From NCBI GenBank assembly GCA_951406725.2, contig OX597834.1:13826001-13890000 (forward strand): DNA of 64,000 bases, written 5' to 3'. This document shows, piece by piece, positions 39,131 through 54,283 of the stretch. Under the pieces are notes generated by a model, which saw only the letters and a list, made by a program, of their open reading frames with translations, was not told where the DNA came from and did not search any database. The DNA comes from Octopus vulgaris (taxonomy: Eukaryota). Every line of letters starts with the position of its first letter. Position 1 is the first letter of the stretch. The position numbers and the translations under genes were made by a program.

Positions 39131-41222
39131 TTTGCACATCGTTATAAGCACTGCTGTAAACAATGGATGTGAGCTAGAACGTCAAAATTTAGTGTGATTG
39201 CATAGTAACGTTCAATTCCAATTTACGCCAAGTGGCTTCGTTCTGCATGCTTTAGCTTTACTACTATAGCAATAGTCCTTATATATTGTGCTTACTTCAC
39301 ACAATTTATAACACAGAAAGTAACAATCAACTTTTTTTAATAATATTTTTAATAATATAAATTGCATCATAATGTACATTATGCCCTCTTCTTACACGTT
39401 CCGGTATTTTAAAACTGTAAAATCAGAAAAAAAATCGGAAACTCATTAAGCCGATCGTCTGGGACACAGTTAATTCCCTAATTTCCATTCCCTCTCTTAA
39501 ATGATGGGTTTCTAGCTTACAAGCTTGTCGGTTACCCCAGTGGTGTCGGTGCCACGTAAAACGCATTTATGCTGGTGAGACTTAGAAAATGCCAGCGCTT
39601 GTGCTACGTAAAAAACAGCTGAATTAGTGACAGGTAAAAAAAAAAAAGAACTGTGCAGATGACAAAAACCACAGTTGTAGCCCTTTCGGAAGAACCTCCA
39701 GCCACAGTAGCAATAGCAAAACAGTCAATTGAATTTTGGTGCAGCTATTCGGCTTGCCAATTTCTGTTAAACTGCCCAACGTATTCCAGCATGGAAAACA
39801 AACGATAAATGATGGTGATGATGGTGACGGCTATATTTTGTAGCTTAATCAACAAAAAAATATTACTAACATACTCACTGCAAGCCAGCGATATAGGATA
39901 ATTAACTCTGATTCCAACGCCACTTGTATTACAACGTGTATCACATCAGGGACAACCTTACGTTTTAACAATGTGTTAATTAAAAGGCATTACTAAAAGC
40001 CAATAATCCTATCTAATTAAGGCGACCGGCTGACAGAATCGTTAGCACGCCAGCAAACTCTTTAGCAGCACTTCACCCTTCTTTACGTTCTGGATTCAAA
40101 TTTCACCGAAATCAACTTTGTCTTTCGTCTTTTCGAAGTTGATAGAATAAGTACCGATTAATCTCTAGGTTCGATGTAATCCACATATGCCCTACAAGAG
40201 ATTGATGTTTATTTTTTTTTCTGACAAAACTTGAAACCAATATATCTATTTATTATTTTCGCTTACGGCCAGTAATCTTGAACGGTTGAAGTCATCGAAT
40301 CTACAGCTCAGCTGTTGTATATTTTCAAATTTCGGAGACCCTGGAACGATTAACGTCGACTGCAGTGATATTTGAACTCATCTATAAAGCCAGAAAATAT
40401 TCTGACGTTTCACGGCTCTGCATGGCGGCTCTAATATTGTTTAAGAAATACTTTCCTTTTCTTTTACTATATCTGTGTTAGTCTTTATATTCATTAATCT
40501 GTATAATAATAGTTGAATAGCAATCTTTACTGAATGTTACATTATACTTCAAATTTCCTCGCTGTTAAATATAAATATTTTAGAATTTACTTATTAGAAT
40601 TTACTCATGAAAGAGGTGAGATCTACATCCCCCTTTCGAAAGTTATTAAAGTCAAAGAACATTTGTTAAAAGTGCTAATATAATAAAAAAATATATACGA
40701 ATTGGAACATTCAGTTCAAGTACAAGGGAATTTTTGAAAGGAAGATTTGATCTCGTAGCCAAGATTCTTACGAGATTGTGTAAATAGCGTTTCACAATAA
40801 CAAATTCTACTTGAAAACAAATTGCACTACAGTAAATTTAGTTGACATTTTCCCCCTTGAAAATGCTGTCTAATCATAGAAATATAATTGAAATATGTGT
40901 TGGGAAAGTGAAAAATTACATTTGATGTATCAAAGCCAGGTGCTTTTTCGGAAGTTGTAACTTTCGGAGATATGACATTTGTCAATATAATTATATCGAC
41001 GCTCTTATGGGAATATTTATGTGGAAGCTTAAGTTTGTTCATGCTCGTAGAGAAACGGATACATACATTAAGAGAAAAGCACTGTATGAAGCAGAGTCAT
41101 ATATATACACATATACTCATACACGTGTATGAATACACAAACACAAACATATGTATATATATATATATACATACATATATAATATAAACACACATTCACG
41201 CCATTCACGCACGCACACACAA

Positions 41223-41288
<66 letters not shown>

Positions 41289-41787
41289 GTGTATACGTAT
41301 ATAAACATACAAACACATGTAGATACTCATACGAACGCACGTATGTTTTCACAAAGATATATACACACATAGGTAGACACGTGTGTGTTTCTCTGTTTAC
41401 ATGTACGTGTGTATGTATGTATGTATGTATGTAGGTAGGTAGGTAGGTACGTAGGTAGGTATGTATGTATACATGTAGGTAGTAGCATGGCTTACATATA
41501 TCCGTGTACGTATGGCGTGTGGCAAGAAAGAGGAAAACAAGGGCAACAAACTTTCCCAATGCTTACACATGAAAGCGGTAAGATTTTTAATTTATCCGGA
41601 ACAGCAACATCAAGTGACAACATGAAAGAGCAAAAATGACGAGAAACGAAAGAAAAGTATTTAGGGAGAGATGTACAGCGATAGCAGAACTACAGAGAAA
41701 ATTGAAACGCAAGTACGAAGCCATATATCAGATTGGGTGTAGTTTTTTTTTTAAATGCCACAATACAAACCATCACCTGTCTCATAG

Positions 41788-41925
41788 ATGTTTAGGACTT
41801 CACAGCGCTCGGTATTAAAATTATCAAAGTTGTCACATTTATCACGGAGTAAACGGAGTAGGAGGTCAAACACTTGGACAGATCCGCATAGCTGTTTTGC
41901 GTTATTATTAATGGCTTTCACGGTG
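41788..41925 (+). CDS. Candidate first coding exon of a second gene (basic N-terminus plus the start of a hydrophobic signal/anchor)
   Basis: An ATG directly after an in-frame TAG opens MFRTSQRSVLKLSKLSHLSRSKRSRRSNTWTDPHSCFALLLMAFTV, ending at a strong donor GTG|GTAAGT. No homology recognised. Confidence 0.35.
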
Positions 41926-42245
41926 GTAAGTTTCAGCTAGAAGTTTGCGTAGGAAGTTTTTTTTTTTCTCATAGAGTTGGGTGCGTAAAATAATGGTATT
42001 GTTACTGGTTTGAATATCGATGTGTTATTGTTTGTGTTTAACCCGGCGTCGACCATCATCGACCAGGCTTACGATGATATACGTTCCGAAGTTGGTGTTT
42101 TTTCTTAAAACTTTTCTAGGTTACCACGATTATTTATGAACAGGAGTTTTTATGCACATGGGTTTTATACTTTCAGCTTCCCCTGATGGTTAATAAACGA
42201 TCGATGATCAACTGATGGTTATCGAACGATGGCTATTCTGGAAAC

Positions 42246-42690
42246 AGGTATTTTTGTTAAAGGCGGCGAGCTGGCAGAAACGTTAGCACGCCGGGTGAAA
42301 TGCTTAGTGGTATTTCGTCTGCGTTACGTTGTGAGTTCAAATTCCGCCGAGGTCGACTTTGCCTTTCATCCTTTCGGGGTCGATAAATTAAGTACCAGTT
42401 ACGCACTGCGGTCGATGTAATCGACTTAATACCTATGTCTGTCCTTGTTTGTCCCCTCTGTGTTTAGCCCCTTGTGGGTAATAAAGAAATAGGTATTTCG
42501 CCTGCGTTACGTTGTGAGTTCAAATTCCGCCGAGGTCGACTTTGCCTTTCATCCTTTCGGGGTCGATAAATTAAGTACCAGTTACGCACTGGGGTCGATA
42601 TAATCGACTTAATACCTATGTCTGTCCTTGTTTGTCCCCTCTGTGTTTAGCCCCTTGTGGGTAATAAAGAAATAGGTATTTTTGTTAAAG
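42246..42690 (+). mobile_element. SINE family B tandem dimer with 17-bp TSD AGGTATTTTTGTTAAAG
   Basis: TSD at 42246-42262 and 42674-42690; the second unit starts at the internal GGTATTTCG. Confidence 0.9.
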
Positions 42691-43779
42691 ACAAAGACGG
42701 AGAAGCTGGTGATAAAATGGTTCGCGGTTTGTTCAAGTTTATAAGCATTTTAGGTATATGATCCAATATATTTTAATTTAGAGTGATCAGATATGATATG
42801 AATACTATTTGGCTATCTTTCTCCGCTGATCAATCAACTTATACGTTTTTCTCATTAGCTCTTTGATGATACTTTTGGTGGTGTCTGGTTCTTTCAATTT
42901 ACATTCTGATAAACGCCTTGTTGCGAAACTATTTTTCGACGTACATTTTAAAATAGGATGTAGATGTCAGTTCTGTCGTTGATACAATGCGTATTACCTC
43001 AACCATTCTCAGCTTATATATCCTTATTTTCTTTACATTATGAGATGTCCTCAAGCAAGGTTTATAGAATAAGATTCAGTTGAGATGAGTTAAAATAACT
43101 ATTGAATTCTTCATTGCCGCGTGGGCTTCGGTGCTTAACTCTGGATTTCTTAACTGCCAATGATTGCTGAATACAGAAATATAAATTGCAGTCAATCAAC
43201 AAACATCCCTTATGTTTCAAACACTTTATTCGATCTTAATTATCTGATATGCTCTTGGACGATTTTGTGAGTAGAGAAGTGTTTGCTTTGATAGATATTT
43301 GCATAGTTATTACTGGTAATAAGTCTGACGATAGAGGTTAGGTCGTCCTGATCGACTAGCAGATGCACTTAAATCTCCAGGCTCTCACATACACATAGAC
43401 ACACACATACACAAACACACACAAACACACACCACATGCAATACCCGGGCGCACAAGTCTGTATGAAAAATCGAATTATTGATTGATTCCTGTATTGCTG
43501 TATCGGATAGTACGAAGTATGTCTTTACTATATTAAGACAATAGGTAAGAATTCGAGGGAGATTCGTTTGCTCATCATAGCTGATAGTGTTGTTATATCT
43601 TTGGAGATCGATGTTCCTGCGATTCCTAATCCCTAACAGTAAACCGAAACTAAGATGCTCCTACGTTGCTCTGTTACCAAAGAATATACAGGTGTCATAA
43701 CATCATTTTATGAATTCTTTAGGAATTATTTTGCAAAGAATTTCATTTGAAGTGATAGCAAAGTCTATCCCCTTCTCAC

Positions 43780-44100
43780 CGTGGTGGAGACGCTGCCAAC
43801 GGTTAGTGTCAGAGCTATGCCGTAGGGAACCGCGTTTCCTGGTAGGGCCACCCAAGGCGGATTGGTCTGACACCGAGTGGTATTAGGGCCGCAATCCGGC
43901 AGACGGGGCTCTGGTGAAAATCCTCGGAGTGTCTGTTTCGGCAAACAGGATGTCTCTACATGCGGGATTGTTGGGGGCCGCTTGTGAAATTCATATTCTC
44001 ACGAAACTTCTTCCACGACATGGTTCGAGATACCTCGAGGGTGGTAGAAACAGCCGACTCAACCCGCCCAGGGTGAATGGGCGCCACAAATACAAGTAAA
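43780..44100 (+). mobile_element. RTE-clade LINE 5' UTR-like fragment
   Basis: GAGCTATGCC...GTAGGGCCACCCAAGGCGGA resembles the conserved RTE/BovB 5' UTR motif (recalled similarity); GC-rich island in an AT-rich context. Confidence 0.55.
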
Positions 44101-44774
44101 TACATATAAGAGAGGAACATATATTGAAATAACCAAAATTCTCATAGTCTCATGAATAGATTCTCTTACCTTACGTTCAGCAGATTCAATAGGCAAGTCA
44201 ACGTCACAAGATCATATTCATTCAGAATTAAATAGGGCTTTTTAATTAAGGGATACTTACCAATTCTAACACGGAGAAAATTCACTATTTACTCGATTCT
44301 GATGAATATGTGTATCTTAAATGCAGTATTGGAGTTGAGTATCCGCAACCATTTACAAGGTTTGTATGACTAAGGAGATAGGATAGACCACTTCTGACCA
44401 GAATACCGCTCAGACACAGCAGAGTGAAGCGTGCTAAGGACTAACATATTGCCCAAAGTTTTGGTTAACTAACCGGAGAATTACATTTTAAAAAATCAGC
44501 CAATTCGTGGCTCAGTTTCAGTTCAGAACACAATAGTGCTTAATAAAAAAAACGTAATAATTATTTCCAATGGTGGGACAATTTTGACAGTCCAACCTAT
44601 CAGAAATGAATTTCATTTATGTCTCCGGAAAGGGCCAAAAGAGATTCTAATCCGGCGAAATGTCATCAAAAAAGATATGTTGCCATAAGAAATACTGCAA
44701 TTAAAAACAGGTGAGGCACCAATCCGCAGCGAGATTTTCTCTTTTACATGTTTGTATTTTTGCTACTTCGAAAC

Positions 44775-44910
<136 letters not shown>

Positions 44911-44972
44911 ATAAAACGGTAAGATAACAAAAGAAAGAAAGAGACCTCAATATTATGTAAATAGAGGAAATT

Positions 44973-45179
44973 TATCTATACAATATGTTACATTACTCGG
45001 TAGTCAAGATAAAACTCTGAGTTTCAGATGCCGAAGTGGAAATCCACAACACCATCTCTTCGGTTATCTGGCTATTATAGCCAGATAACCGAAGAGATGG
45101 TGTTGTGGATTTCCACATCGGCATCTGAAACTCAGAGTTTTATCTTGACTACCGAGTAATGTAACATATTGTATAGATA
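44973..45179. repeat. Near-perfect 207-bp palindrome (Penelope-like, hammerhead-like motif on each strand)
   Basis: Centre at 45076, with one mismatch between the arms. Confidence 0.9.
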
Positions 45180-45208
45180 TATATATATATATATATAAAT
45201 AAATATAA

Positions 45209-45239
<31 letters not shown>

Positions 45240-45344
45240 TAAATATATATATATATATATATAAATAAATATAAATATATATATATATATATATTCATAT
45301 ATATATATATATAAATAAATATAAATATATATATATATAAATAA

Positions 45345-45383
<39 letters not shown>

Positions 45384-45391
45384 TATATTTA

Positions 45392-45449
<58 letters not shown>

Positions 45450-45895
45450 CGTCACTTAACGGTTCGGCAAAAGAGACCGATAGAATAAGTACTGGGCTTA
45501 CAAAGAATAAGTCCCGGGGTCGATTTGCTCGACTAAAGGCGGTGCTCCAGCATGGCCGCAGTCAAATGACTGAAACAAGTAAAAGAGTAAAAGAGTAAAA
45601 GAGTATATACGCAGACACATACATATACAAACATACATATAGTGTTCATAAACTATGAACGTATCGCTGAAACGCCATGTGTATAATTTACTTGCTTGAG
45701 TTGTTTTGACATAAACTTGTACCAGAAAAAACGTAACGCAAATCGTATATATTTATTGATAAGCGGTGTAGCCATTGCTGCAAGAGAAAGCACTTCTTAA
45801 ATGAGTAATTATGCCGACTACTAATTCAGCAATAGTACGCATGGATATATATATATATGGATTTATTTATGCGTATGCACGCACCTATTTATGAA

Positions 45896-45965
<70 letters not shown>

Positions 45966-46212
45966 CAGTAAAAACAACTAAGATTAGATTCAAGTGAGTT
46001 GCAATGAATTCGCATGAATGCGGTTCTTAAATTAGATGCACCAGAAATGTATAAGGTATTAAACATATAGGATGTTTGGAAAAATCATATGTGTTTTGGC
46101 TGATGAATACGGAACACTTGTATTTGCTGCAATATTTGCAGCTTTTAATGAAGCTGTTCTTCGTATGAAACAATTGTACTGAACATCTAATCCATTCTTG
46201 TTACTTTTTTCT

Positions 46213-46280
<68 letters not shown>

Positions 46281-46458
46281 TATATACATATATATATGTA
46301 CATATATACAGAGGGAGAGAGAGAGAGAGAGAGAAGCGGGTGAGAAAGAGAGACCAGACAGAGTAGGGGAACCAGAAGCAGATAGACACTCAGAAATATT
46401 AGAGATTGGTGGCATGTAGCTTTTCATACATACAAATATATATATATATATATATACA

Positions 46459-46501
<43 letters not shown>

Positions 46502-46538
46502 TACATATAATCATATATATATATAAACATACACACAC

Positions 46539-46584
<46 letters not shown>

Positions 46585-47879
46585 ACAGGTGTGTGTATAT
46601 ATCTGTGCGTCTGTGTATTTTGGAGGTATTTTGTTTGATGCTTACCGTAATTACTAATTAATTTTGGATTTTTGGCAATCTTAATTTCCTTCTTGTTTTT
46701 CTTAGAAATAGCTCACATGGAGCATCTTTTTTGTAGAATATAATAACTTCTTTAAATAGAAAATCTTGTCTGTGTGCGATGTGTGCGCGTGTATATATCT
46801 GTGAGTTTGTGTGGGGGCATTGATGCCTGTATGTGTAGGTATGCATTGTGTGAGATGAAGATTGAAAATGATTTGAAGAGAGAAAGGATGAGAGAGAGAA
46901 CATGCTGATTTGGTGAGATATTGCAGTATTTATAAAACTCTGTGGCATTTTAATTACTAAAATCTATGGTAATTATAAATTGTAATGTGAAGCTGAATAA
47001 AATTAAAAGAAAAAAAAACAAGTTTTAAAATGTATAAAAGGATTACTGATATTGCCTTACAATTATAATTATATAAATTAATTAATATATGTATAGAATA
47101 GCAAATATATATTTTTTTAAAATAAAAATATAGTAAAGAACTGGAAAAATACTGGACTGTATAAATGTTTATTTTGCGTCAGGAGTGGGAGGAGAACAAT
47201 AGAATTGAAATGTTGAATACACGAGCGATAAAGATATAATCCTACAGAGTAATATCAATGCAGGGATACCAGCGAACAACGAGAGAGAGATAATGGAGAT
47301 TTCGTTGGATATTTGATAGCGTAAATCATTAACAATGTGGCAAGTCGTATTGATATTTTTAGCGAAGCTCTTACAAATAATACCATAGAATCCTAATCGA
47401 AAACTTGATTACTGACGTCGTAACAAACCATGGCACTGGTGTATGTTATTATCATCACATCGATTGAATACACTAAATTTACCTGTATAGATTCGCTACG
47501 GCAGGTTATTAGCCATAGCACCTGTTAAATCCCTTAGGTGATGTCTTGAATTTCAGTCCAATATTATCTTGTAAAATTACATACATATCTATCGAAAAAT
47601 TAAGAAGGCATAATAACACACGTGGAAATCAAAACAGAATATTTCTTCAGTTTCTCTCGTTTTAATATGCCTCAGGTTTTTCGCATATCAAGCAGAGCTG
47701 TACTTTAAATTTGTTTCGGCAGCAAGTATAATATCATTTTGCATATTAGTGACTATGTTATCAATATGTTACAGTTTGTGTGGTGATTGCGCGTGATTTT
47801 CACAGACCCAGTTATTTCATTTCTTACCGGTTCAATAACCGCTTAACAAATCTGGAGGGGCACTGGATATTTACTTTTT

Positions 47880-48089
47880 TACTGTTTAACTTGTTTCAGT
47901 CAGTTGACTGTAGCCATGCTGGAGTACCACCTTTATTCGAAGAAATAGACCCTAAGACTTATTCTTTGTAAGCCTAGTAATTATTCTATCCGTCTCTTTT
48001 GCCGAACTGCAAAGTTATGGGGGAGTAAACACACCATTATCGGTTGTCAAGCGATGTTGGGGGACAAATACAGACACACAAACATACAC

Positions 48090-48132
<43 letters not shown>

Positions 48133-48135
48133 AAA

Positions 48136-48217
<82 letters not shown>

Positions 48218-48351
48218 GATTAGCTTCTTTCACAAGGATTTGGTCGGCCCGAGGTTAAAGTAGAAGACACTTGCCCAAGGTGCCACGCAGGGGGACTGAA
48301 CCCAGAACCATGTGGTTGGTGAGCAAGCTACTTACCACACAGCCACTCCTG
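47880..48351 (-). mobile_element. SINE family A, diverged
   Basis: Reverse complement similarity to the 19132 copy. Confidence 0.8.
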
Positions 48352-49511
48352 CGATCACAAAATCTAATGTATTTTTTAATATGTATAACAGACAAAATGC
48401 ACATCAAACTCAATATGAACTTTTGAATGACCATCATCAGTTATGAGCGTAAATATTGAGAAATTGTGACAACAATATGCTGTGGGTATGGTATAGAGAA
48501 ATCGATTTAGATTTTGATGAAATTAGAATAACAGGCTCTATACCCACGTGCTTCACACACATATGTATCGTTTCTATTTTTATGAAATGAAGAATGTAAT
48601 TGAATGTAGATTCGCTGTAGAGTAGACAAAAGCTTGCCCTGAGCTTGCTTATATATCATCAAAAACTGTATAGTTACAAAATTCTGAATTTTATATATAT
48701 TCTTGTCACAGCACGACATGTAATATTCTCCCATTTATGAAATGATAGAGCGATTCGATTATCTGAAGGTAGATGTGTGTTTCTTTGCTTCTTTTTCTGA
48801 GCATTATCAATTTTTTTTGCGTTGAAGTCTGTAACCTAATATACAGAAAAAGGATGTGTACACATATTCAGTTATGTATCATGCTTTTTGAAACAAAATG
48901 TATAGAATATATGAAATGCGTAAATGTGGATGGTCAGGGAACAGAAATGAAAGTAGGATGCTGAAACAAATCTGTCAGATCTAGCGGTAGGTTTAATAAG
49001 GTGAGTAGTATAGTCAGATAGACTAATACTGAAAACGCGAAAATAAAATTGAACAAGGGAACGGTGAAGAAAATATTCAAGTTGAGAGAAGAGTTTCGAC
49101 AAGAAATATCTTCAGGGAAGCTTCTGAATGTTGCTTAAGAAATCTATTTTCTAAACTATAATTGTACTATTTCTTTAATACTAATTCATCCAGTGGATAA
49201 TTTCTAACGAAATTAACCACACTGAACTCATTCCTTCAAAACAGAGTAACACGAGAAATGCAACAATAATTTCTAATGTATAAGTTACTATAATATAAAT
49301 TCTGCTTTAGATTATTTTTTGTCAGCGTATGTGTGTGTGTGTGCGTAGGTGCTAGTGTCTGTATGTGGGAAAAATTACACAATATGTAGTTTAACTGTAG
49401 CCAGATGTATTTGTGCTCTAGCACCAAAAATATGAATAACAAATCATTACTCGGCTTATTAAATATGAATTATATATATGTATATATATATATATATACA
49501 TTATATATATA

Positions 49512-49564
<53 letters not shown>

Positions 49565-49569
49565 ATGCG

Positions 49570-49627
<58 letters not shown>

Positions 49628-49649
49628 GATATATTCAGAACAAGGGTTC

Positions 49650-49985
49650 AACTTAATGCATCATCACGTTCTGGTAGAAATAGACGTTAAAGTCTTTTTT
49701 TACTGCCTTAAAATCTCCGAGAATAACACACTTATTGTAGGCAAGTTAAAGAAAGATAATGAATCAAACAGGGTTAACCGTAGACGTGTTTTGAACTCAA
49801 AGTAAATATAATTTTACTTACTGTCTCATCAGTGCAGTGCTCCTTAGAGTACTCCTTTTCAGTTTGAAACACATCTACGATTAACCAAGTTTGATGCATT
49901 ATCTTTCTTTTACTTGCCTACAAAATGTGTGTTATTCTCGCAGAATTCAACGTAGTAAAAAAGACGTGTGGTGATGCATTAAGCT
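49650..49985. repeat. Diverged inverted repeat (~140-bp arms), Penelope-like
   Basis: gagaataacacacttattgtaggcaagttaaagaaagataatg vs cattatctttcttttacttgcctacaaaatgtgtgttattctc. Confidence 0.75.
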
Positions 49986-50022
49986 GTTCCCTTATTATAA
50001 TTATGTACATAATTATGAAATA

Positions 50023-50063
<41 letters not shown>

Positions 50064-50171
50064 CAGACCATCAGATGTTGTTACACATCGCTGGTCACAA
50101 TGCGTTCGCATTGTTTTTTTAGCCTTCGAATGACGCCACTCCGCTGGCTAAGCGAGCAGGCCATATATATA

Positions 50172-50218
<47 letters not shown>

Positions 50219-50247
50219 ATGTATATATATATATGTATATATGTATG

Positions 50248-50312
<65 letters not shown>

Positions 50313-51552
50313 ATTGGAATATATTCTGTGAAGTAATTTTACGTATATGTAGTAGTAATATGAAAGGTAATGAAGTTTCGAGAACGACATAAAAACATGT
50401 ATGTTTCGTACAGGTAGGTGAAATAATACAATATATACACCTTGGTGTTTTTAATTATTTACTATTAAACAGTAGATCAAATCGCGTCATTTTCATAGAC
50501 CTAAATTAATGGTAGGTAATATTTTCATGCAATCTTTACGAAATAACGAGTCACGACTCATAATTTGTATGTTAAAAGCCGAAGGGATGCAAATGTATTA
50601 GTAATGTATGATTGATAAATGTGCTATTAGATTCTGTGAATTAAAAGCATAACGATATAACCATAGAATCTATCGCGAAAAATGAGAGAGCGTAGCTTAA
50701 ATATGAATAAAAGTTATGACATAAATACTAGCGCACTTATTCCAGAAGCACTCGATGTCATCTTCATAAAGTTTTTAGGTTTGTGTAACAGAATAAAGAT
50801 GAGATATTCTTACGTCTACGTCATGTCGGTAACATCTACGACAGCTTTGGGATGGGTTATGCTTCATAAGGATCGAGATGCCAATGCAAAACTCATGAGG
50901 GAATGAAATATATCATATTTGTATGTCATATATCAAGCGTGACAAATTCCTATTTAAATTTACATCAGAAGAGGACCTGTAGAGAATAATCTATGTAAAT
51001 TTTGTAAAGGCGAAGCAGATATAGCTAGTACTTTGGCGCTACAATTCTGTATCCTGACAGCCAATCGATGTAGACTCTGCGTAGCTCCGAAAAAGTATAA
51101 ACTTGTTCAAACAAAAAAAAAAATAAAGTTGTTTAATGATATCAGCTGTCCTGCAATATATTCGTTTTATTGATAGTAATTATAGCGTACTGGAGAAATA
51201 AAAGAAACTACCTATATAAAAACAGTCGAATTATATACACATGATAATGTTAACAATATTGTTTAGCCAATATTCAATGAAAATCGTTACTTAAATTTCG
51301 GTCAGTAGCTTTTAGGAATAATGCTTTTACCATTGTGCAACAGATCAATTGAAATAAAAGCACGATAAAATGAAATGGCTGGTATAGGTTTACGCGCGGC
51401 TGTGTTGTTACAATTTGGCTTCCCAACCACATGTTACAGGGTTCAGTCCCTTTGCGTGGCACCTTGGGCATGTGACCTCTACTATAGCCGCCTCGGGTCA
51501 ACCAAATGCCTTGTAAGTAGATTTGGTAGACGGAAACTGAAAAAAGATTGTG

Positions 51553-51625
<73 letters not shown>

Positions 51626-51784
51626 TAGATATATACTTGCATATATATATACATACACACACACATATGTATGTATGTATGTATGTATGTATGCATGTAT
51701 GTCTATACCGGAGTAAGCACATAAATATGAAGCAAGGTGGGAAAAAGAGAGTACTCAAATACCAAAGGTAGAGTTATAGGCTTT

Positions 51785-51955
51785 ATTTAAAAGCAGCAGA
51801 AATATAACAAAAGCTGTTACTCAGAGTGTCACGTTCCCGTTCGTAGGATAGTTTTGTTAAAATTCATTGGTGTTCTATTTTAGCAAAACTGTCCGACGAA
51901 CTTAAGCGTGAAACTCTGAGTAACAGCTTTTGTTCTATGTCTGCTGCTTTTCAAT
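51785..51955. repeat. Inverted repeat (~75-bp arms), Penelope-like
   Basis: aaaagcagcaga...aaaagctgttactcagag vs ctctgagtaacagctttt...tctgctgctttt. Confidence 0.8.
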
Positions 51956-52214
51956 TAAGTATACATACATACATATATCGTGAGTACCGCCGGCGGTTTT
52001 TTTTCCCTCTGTCTTCCCTTTTCGGGATCTTTCCTTCTCCCATGTTTCCGACGAAGATCTCCGCTCGAAACGTTAAATCCTCCTTCTTCCCTTCTTTCCT
52101 GAGCATCCATTAATACTTTATTTGTTCCATGTCCTCGCGTTGTTGTGTTATTTTTTTTGTGTTTTCTTGTTTAGATTAACTATATATAGATATATATGTA
52201 TATATATGTATATA

Positions 52215-52294
<80 letters not shown>

Positions 52295-52716
52295 TATATA
52301 CATATATATTTATGCGTGTATGTATATATGTATATATATAATTGGAATCTATGCCAAAACGAAAGATGAAAGCAGGTGTACGAATAGCAAACAAGTGTAT
52401 TTAGTTTGGCGTAAGTGGAGAGTGGAAAAGTGTTTTATGCTTCGAGGCTACGCTCTTCGACAGAAAGTAATATGAGGAAATAGAGAGAGAATGAAAACGA
52501 CAACGTGTACAGTTCAACAGTCCCACTGTGTGTGTGTGTGTTCCTGTGCCTGTGTTCCGCCACCCACTCACCATCGCTTGACAACCGATGCCGGTGCGTG
52601 TACGTCTCTGAAACGTAGTGACTCGGCAAGAGGAACCGATAGAATATGTGCTAGGCTTACAAGGTGCTCAACCATGGCTTCAGTTAAATGATCGAAACAA
52701 TTAAAAGAATAAAAGA

Positions 52717-52748
<32 letters not shown>

Positions 52749-53175
52749 ATGTCTACTCATTCACGCACACACAGCGTCGCGTGTGTGTTTCAATGCATAT
52801 ATATATATTACACACCCATATATTGTGTGTGTTTCTGTGTCTGTTTGTGAATGTGTTGGGTGTGAGATTATACGTGTGTGTGCCAGCGTGTTTCTCTTCG
52901 CCTGTTTGTAGTAATTATGAATTTTTATAACCCGTCCATTAACAAATTTAATCAAAATATTCTCGGTTTGAAAATGTTTTTTGCTACCTTTATGAATGTG
53001 TAGCAAGTTATTTGTTAAAACGATTAATTTCATTTTCTTCCAAAATCTATTCATTCTCGTCTCTTTATTTCAGTCATTATAATTTTGCATTCTTTCTACC
53101 GTTTCCCCCACACTATTTATTTATTTATTTATTTTTTTTATTCATTATTATTATTATTTTTATTTTGCTTTACAG

Positions 53176-53235
53176 GCGAAGTCTACTGCAAATGCGCCCC
53201 TATAATCCCAAGAAGAAGAAAACGCTCTCGGGAAC
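53176..53235 (+). CDS. Candidate 60-nt internal exon (phase 1: EVYCKCAPIIPRRRKRSRE; phase 2: RSLLQMRPYNPKKKKTLSG)
   Basis: Very long pyrimidine tract ...ttttgctttacag| and a GTAATT donor; the exon is GC-richer than its flanks; frame unresolved. Confidence 0.4.
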
Positions 53236-53367
53236 GTAATTAATATATGTGTGTGAGTGTGCTTGCGTGTGTGTGTGCATGTATGTATGTATATAAAGAT
53301 AAACGTACGTATCCCTCTATCTATCTATCTGCCTCTATCGCTCTCTCTGTGTATATATATATGTGTA

Positions 53368-53425
<58 letters not shown>

Positions 53426-53445
53426 TACATACATACATAAGTATA

Positions 53446-53495
<50 letters not shown>

Positions 53496-53513
53496 CATTT
53501 ATTATATAGAAGG

Positions 53514-53564
53514 AGCTTCTACAGGACTAGTACTGTTTCATTCAAGAGAAATCTTCAGGAAGCT
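53514..53564 (-). ncRNA. Type I hammerhead ribozyme-like motif (mirror copy)
   Basis: Exact reverse complement of 55202-55252. Confidence 0.65.
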
Positions 53565-54023
53565 ATTTAACAAGAATTGTATTAGCATTTATACATTTAG
53601 GCAGGTTTAAAGGAGTGGTGGTGGGGGACTTTTTGGGGGTAGGCATAGCGCAAAATATCATACTCGGGGGAGTGGTCAAGGAGTCAGTGGTAAGTTAGAT
53701 GAAAGAATAGATAAATAAAATAGATAAATAAAAAAAATAAAAAATAAAAAATAAAAAAATAAAATAAAAAAATAAAAAAATAAAACAATAAAAAAAATAA
53801 AAAATATAAAAAATATATATAAAAAATATATATATAAAATATATATATATGTATGTATGTATGTTTGCACACGTGTATATATATGTGTGTGTGTGTATAT
53901 ATATGGATGCGCGTGCGTGTGTGCACGTGTATGGGTACGCATGTATATGTGTATGTGCGTGTATGCGTATACGTGTATGTATGTATGTGTGTGCGTAGAT
54001 TTGTATATGTATGTGTGAGTGTG

Positions 54024-54055
<32 letters not shown>

Positions 54056-54239
54056 TATAGATGGGTGTGTGTATGCGTATAAATGCATGTAAGTATGGAT
54101 GTATGGATGTATGTATGTATGTATACGTATGTATGTGTGTATGTGTGTATGTATATATATATATGTGTGTATATATGTTTGTGTATGTATATATATATGT
54201 GTATGTATGTGTGTGTATATGTATGTGTGTATGTGTATG

Positions 54240-54283
<44 letters not shown>

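Noticed and set aside
39396-39414. Minus-strand 19-nt micro-exon-like site
   Set aside because: Isolated, not a multiple of 3, and expected by chance in AT-rich DNA.
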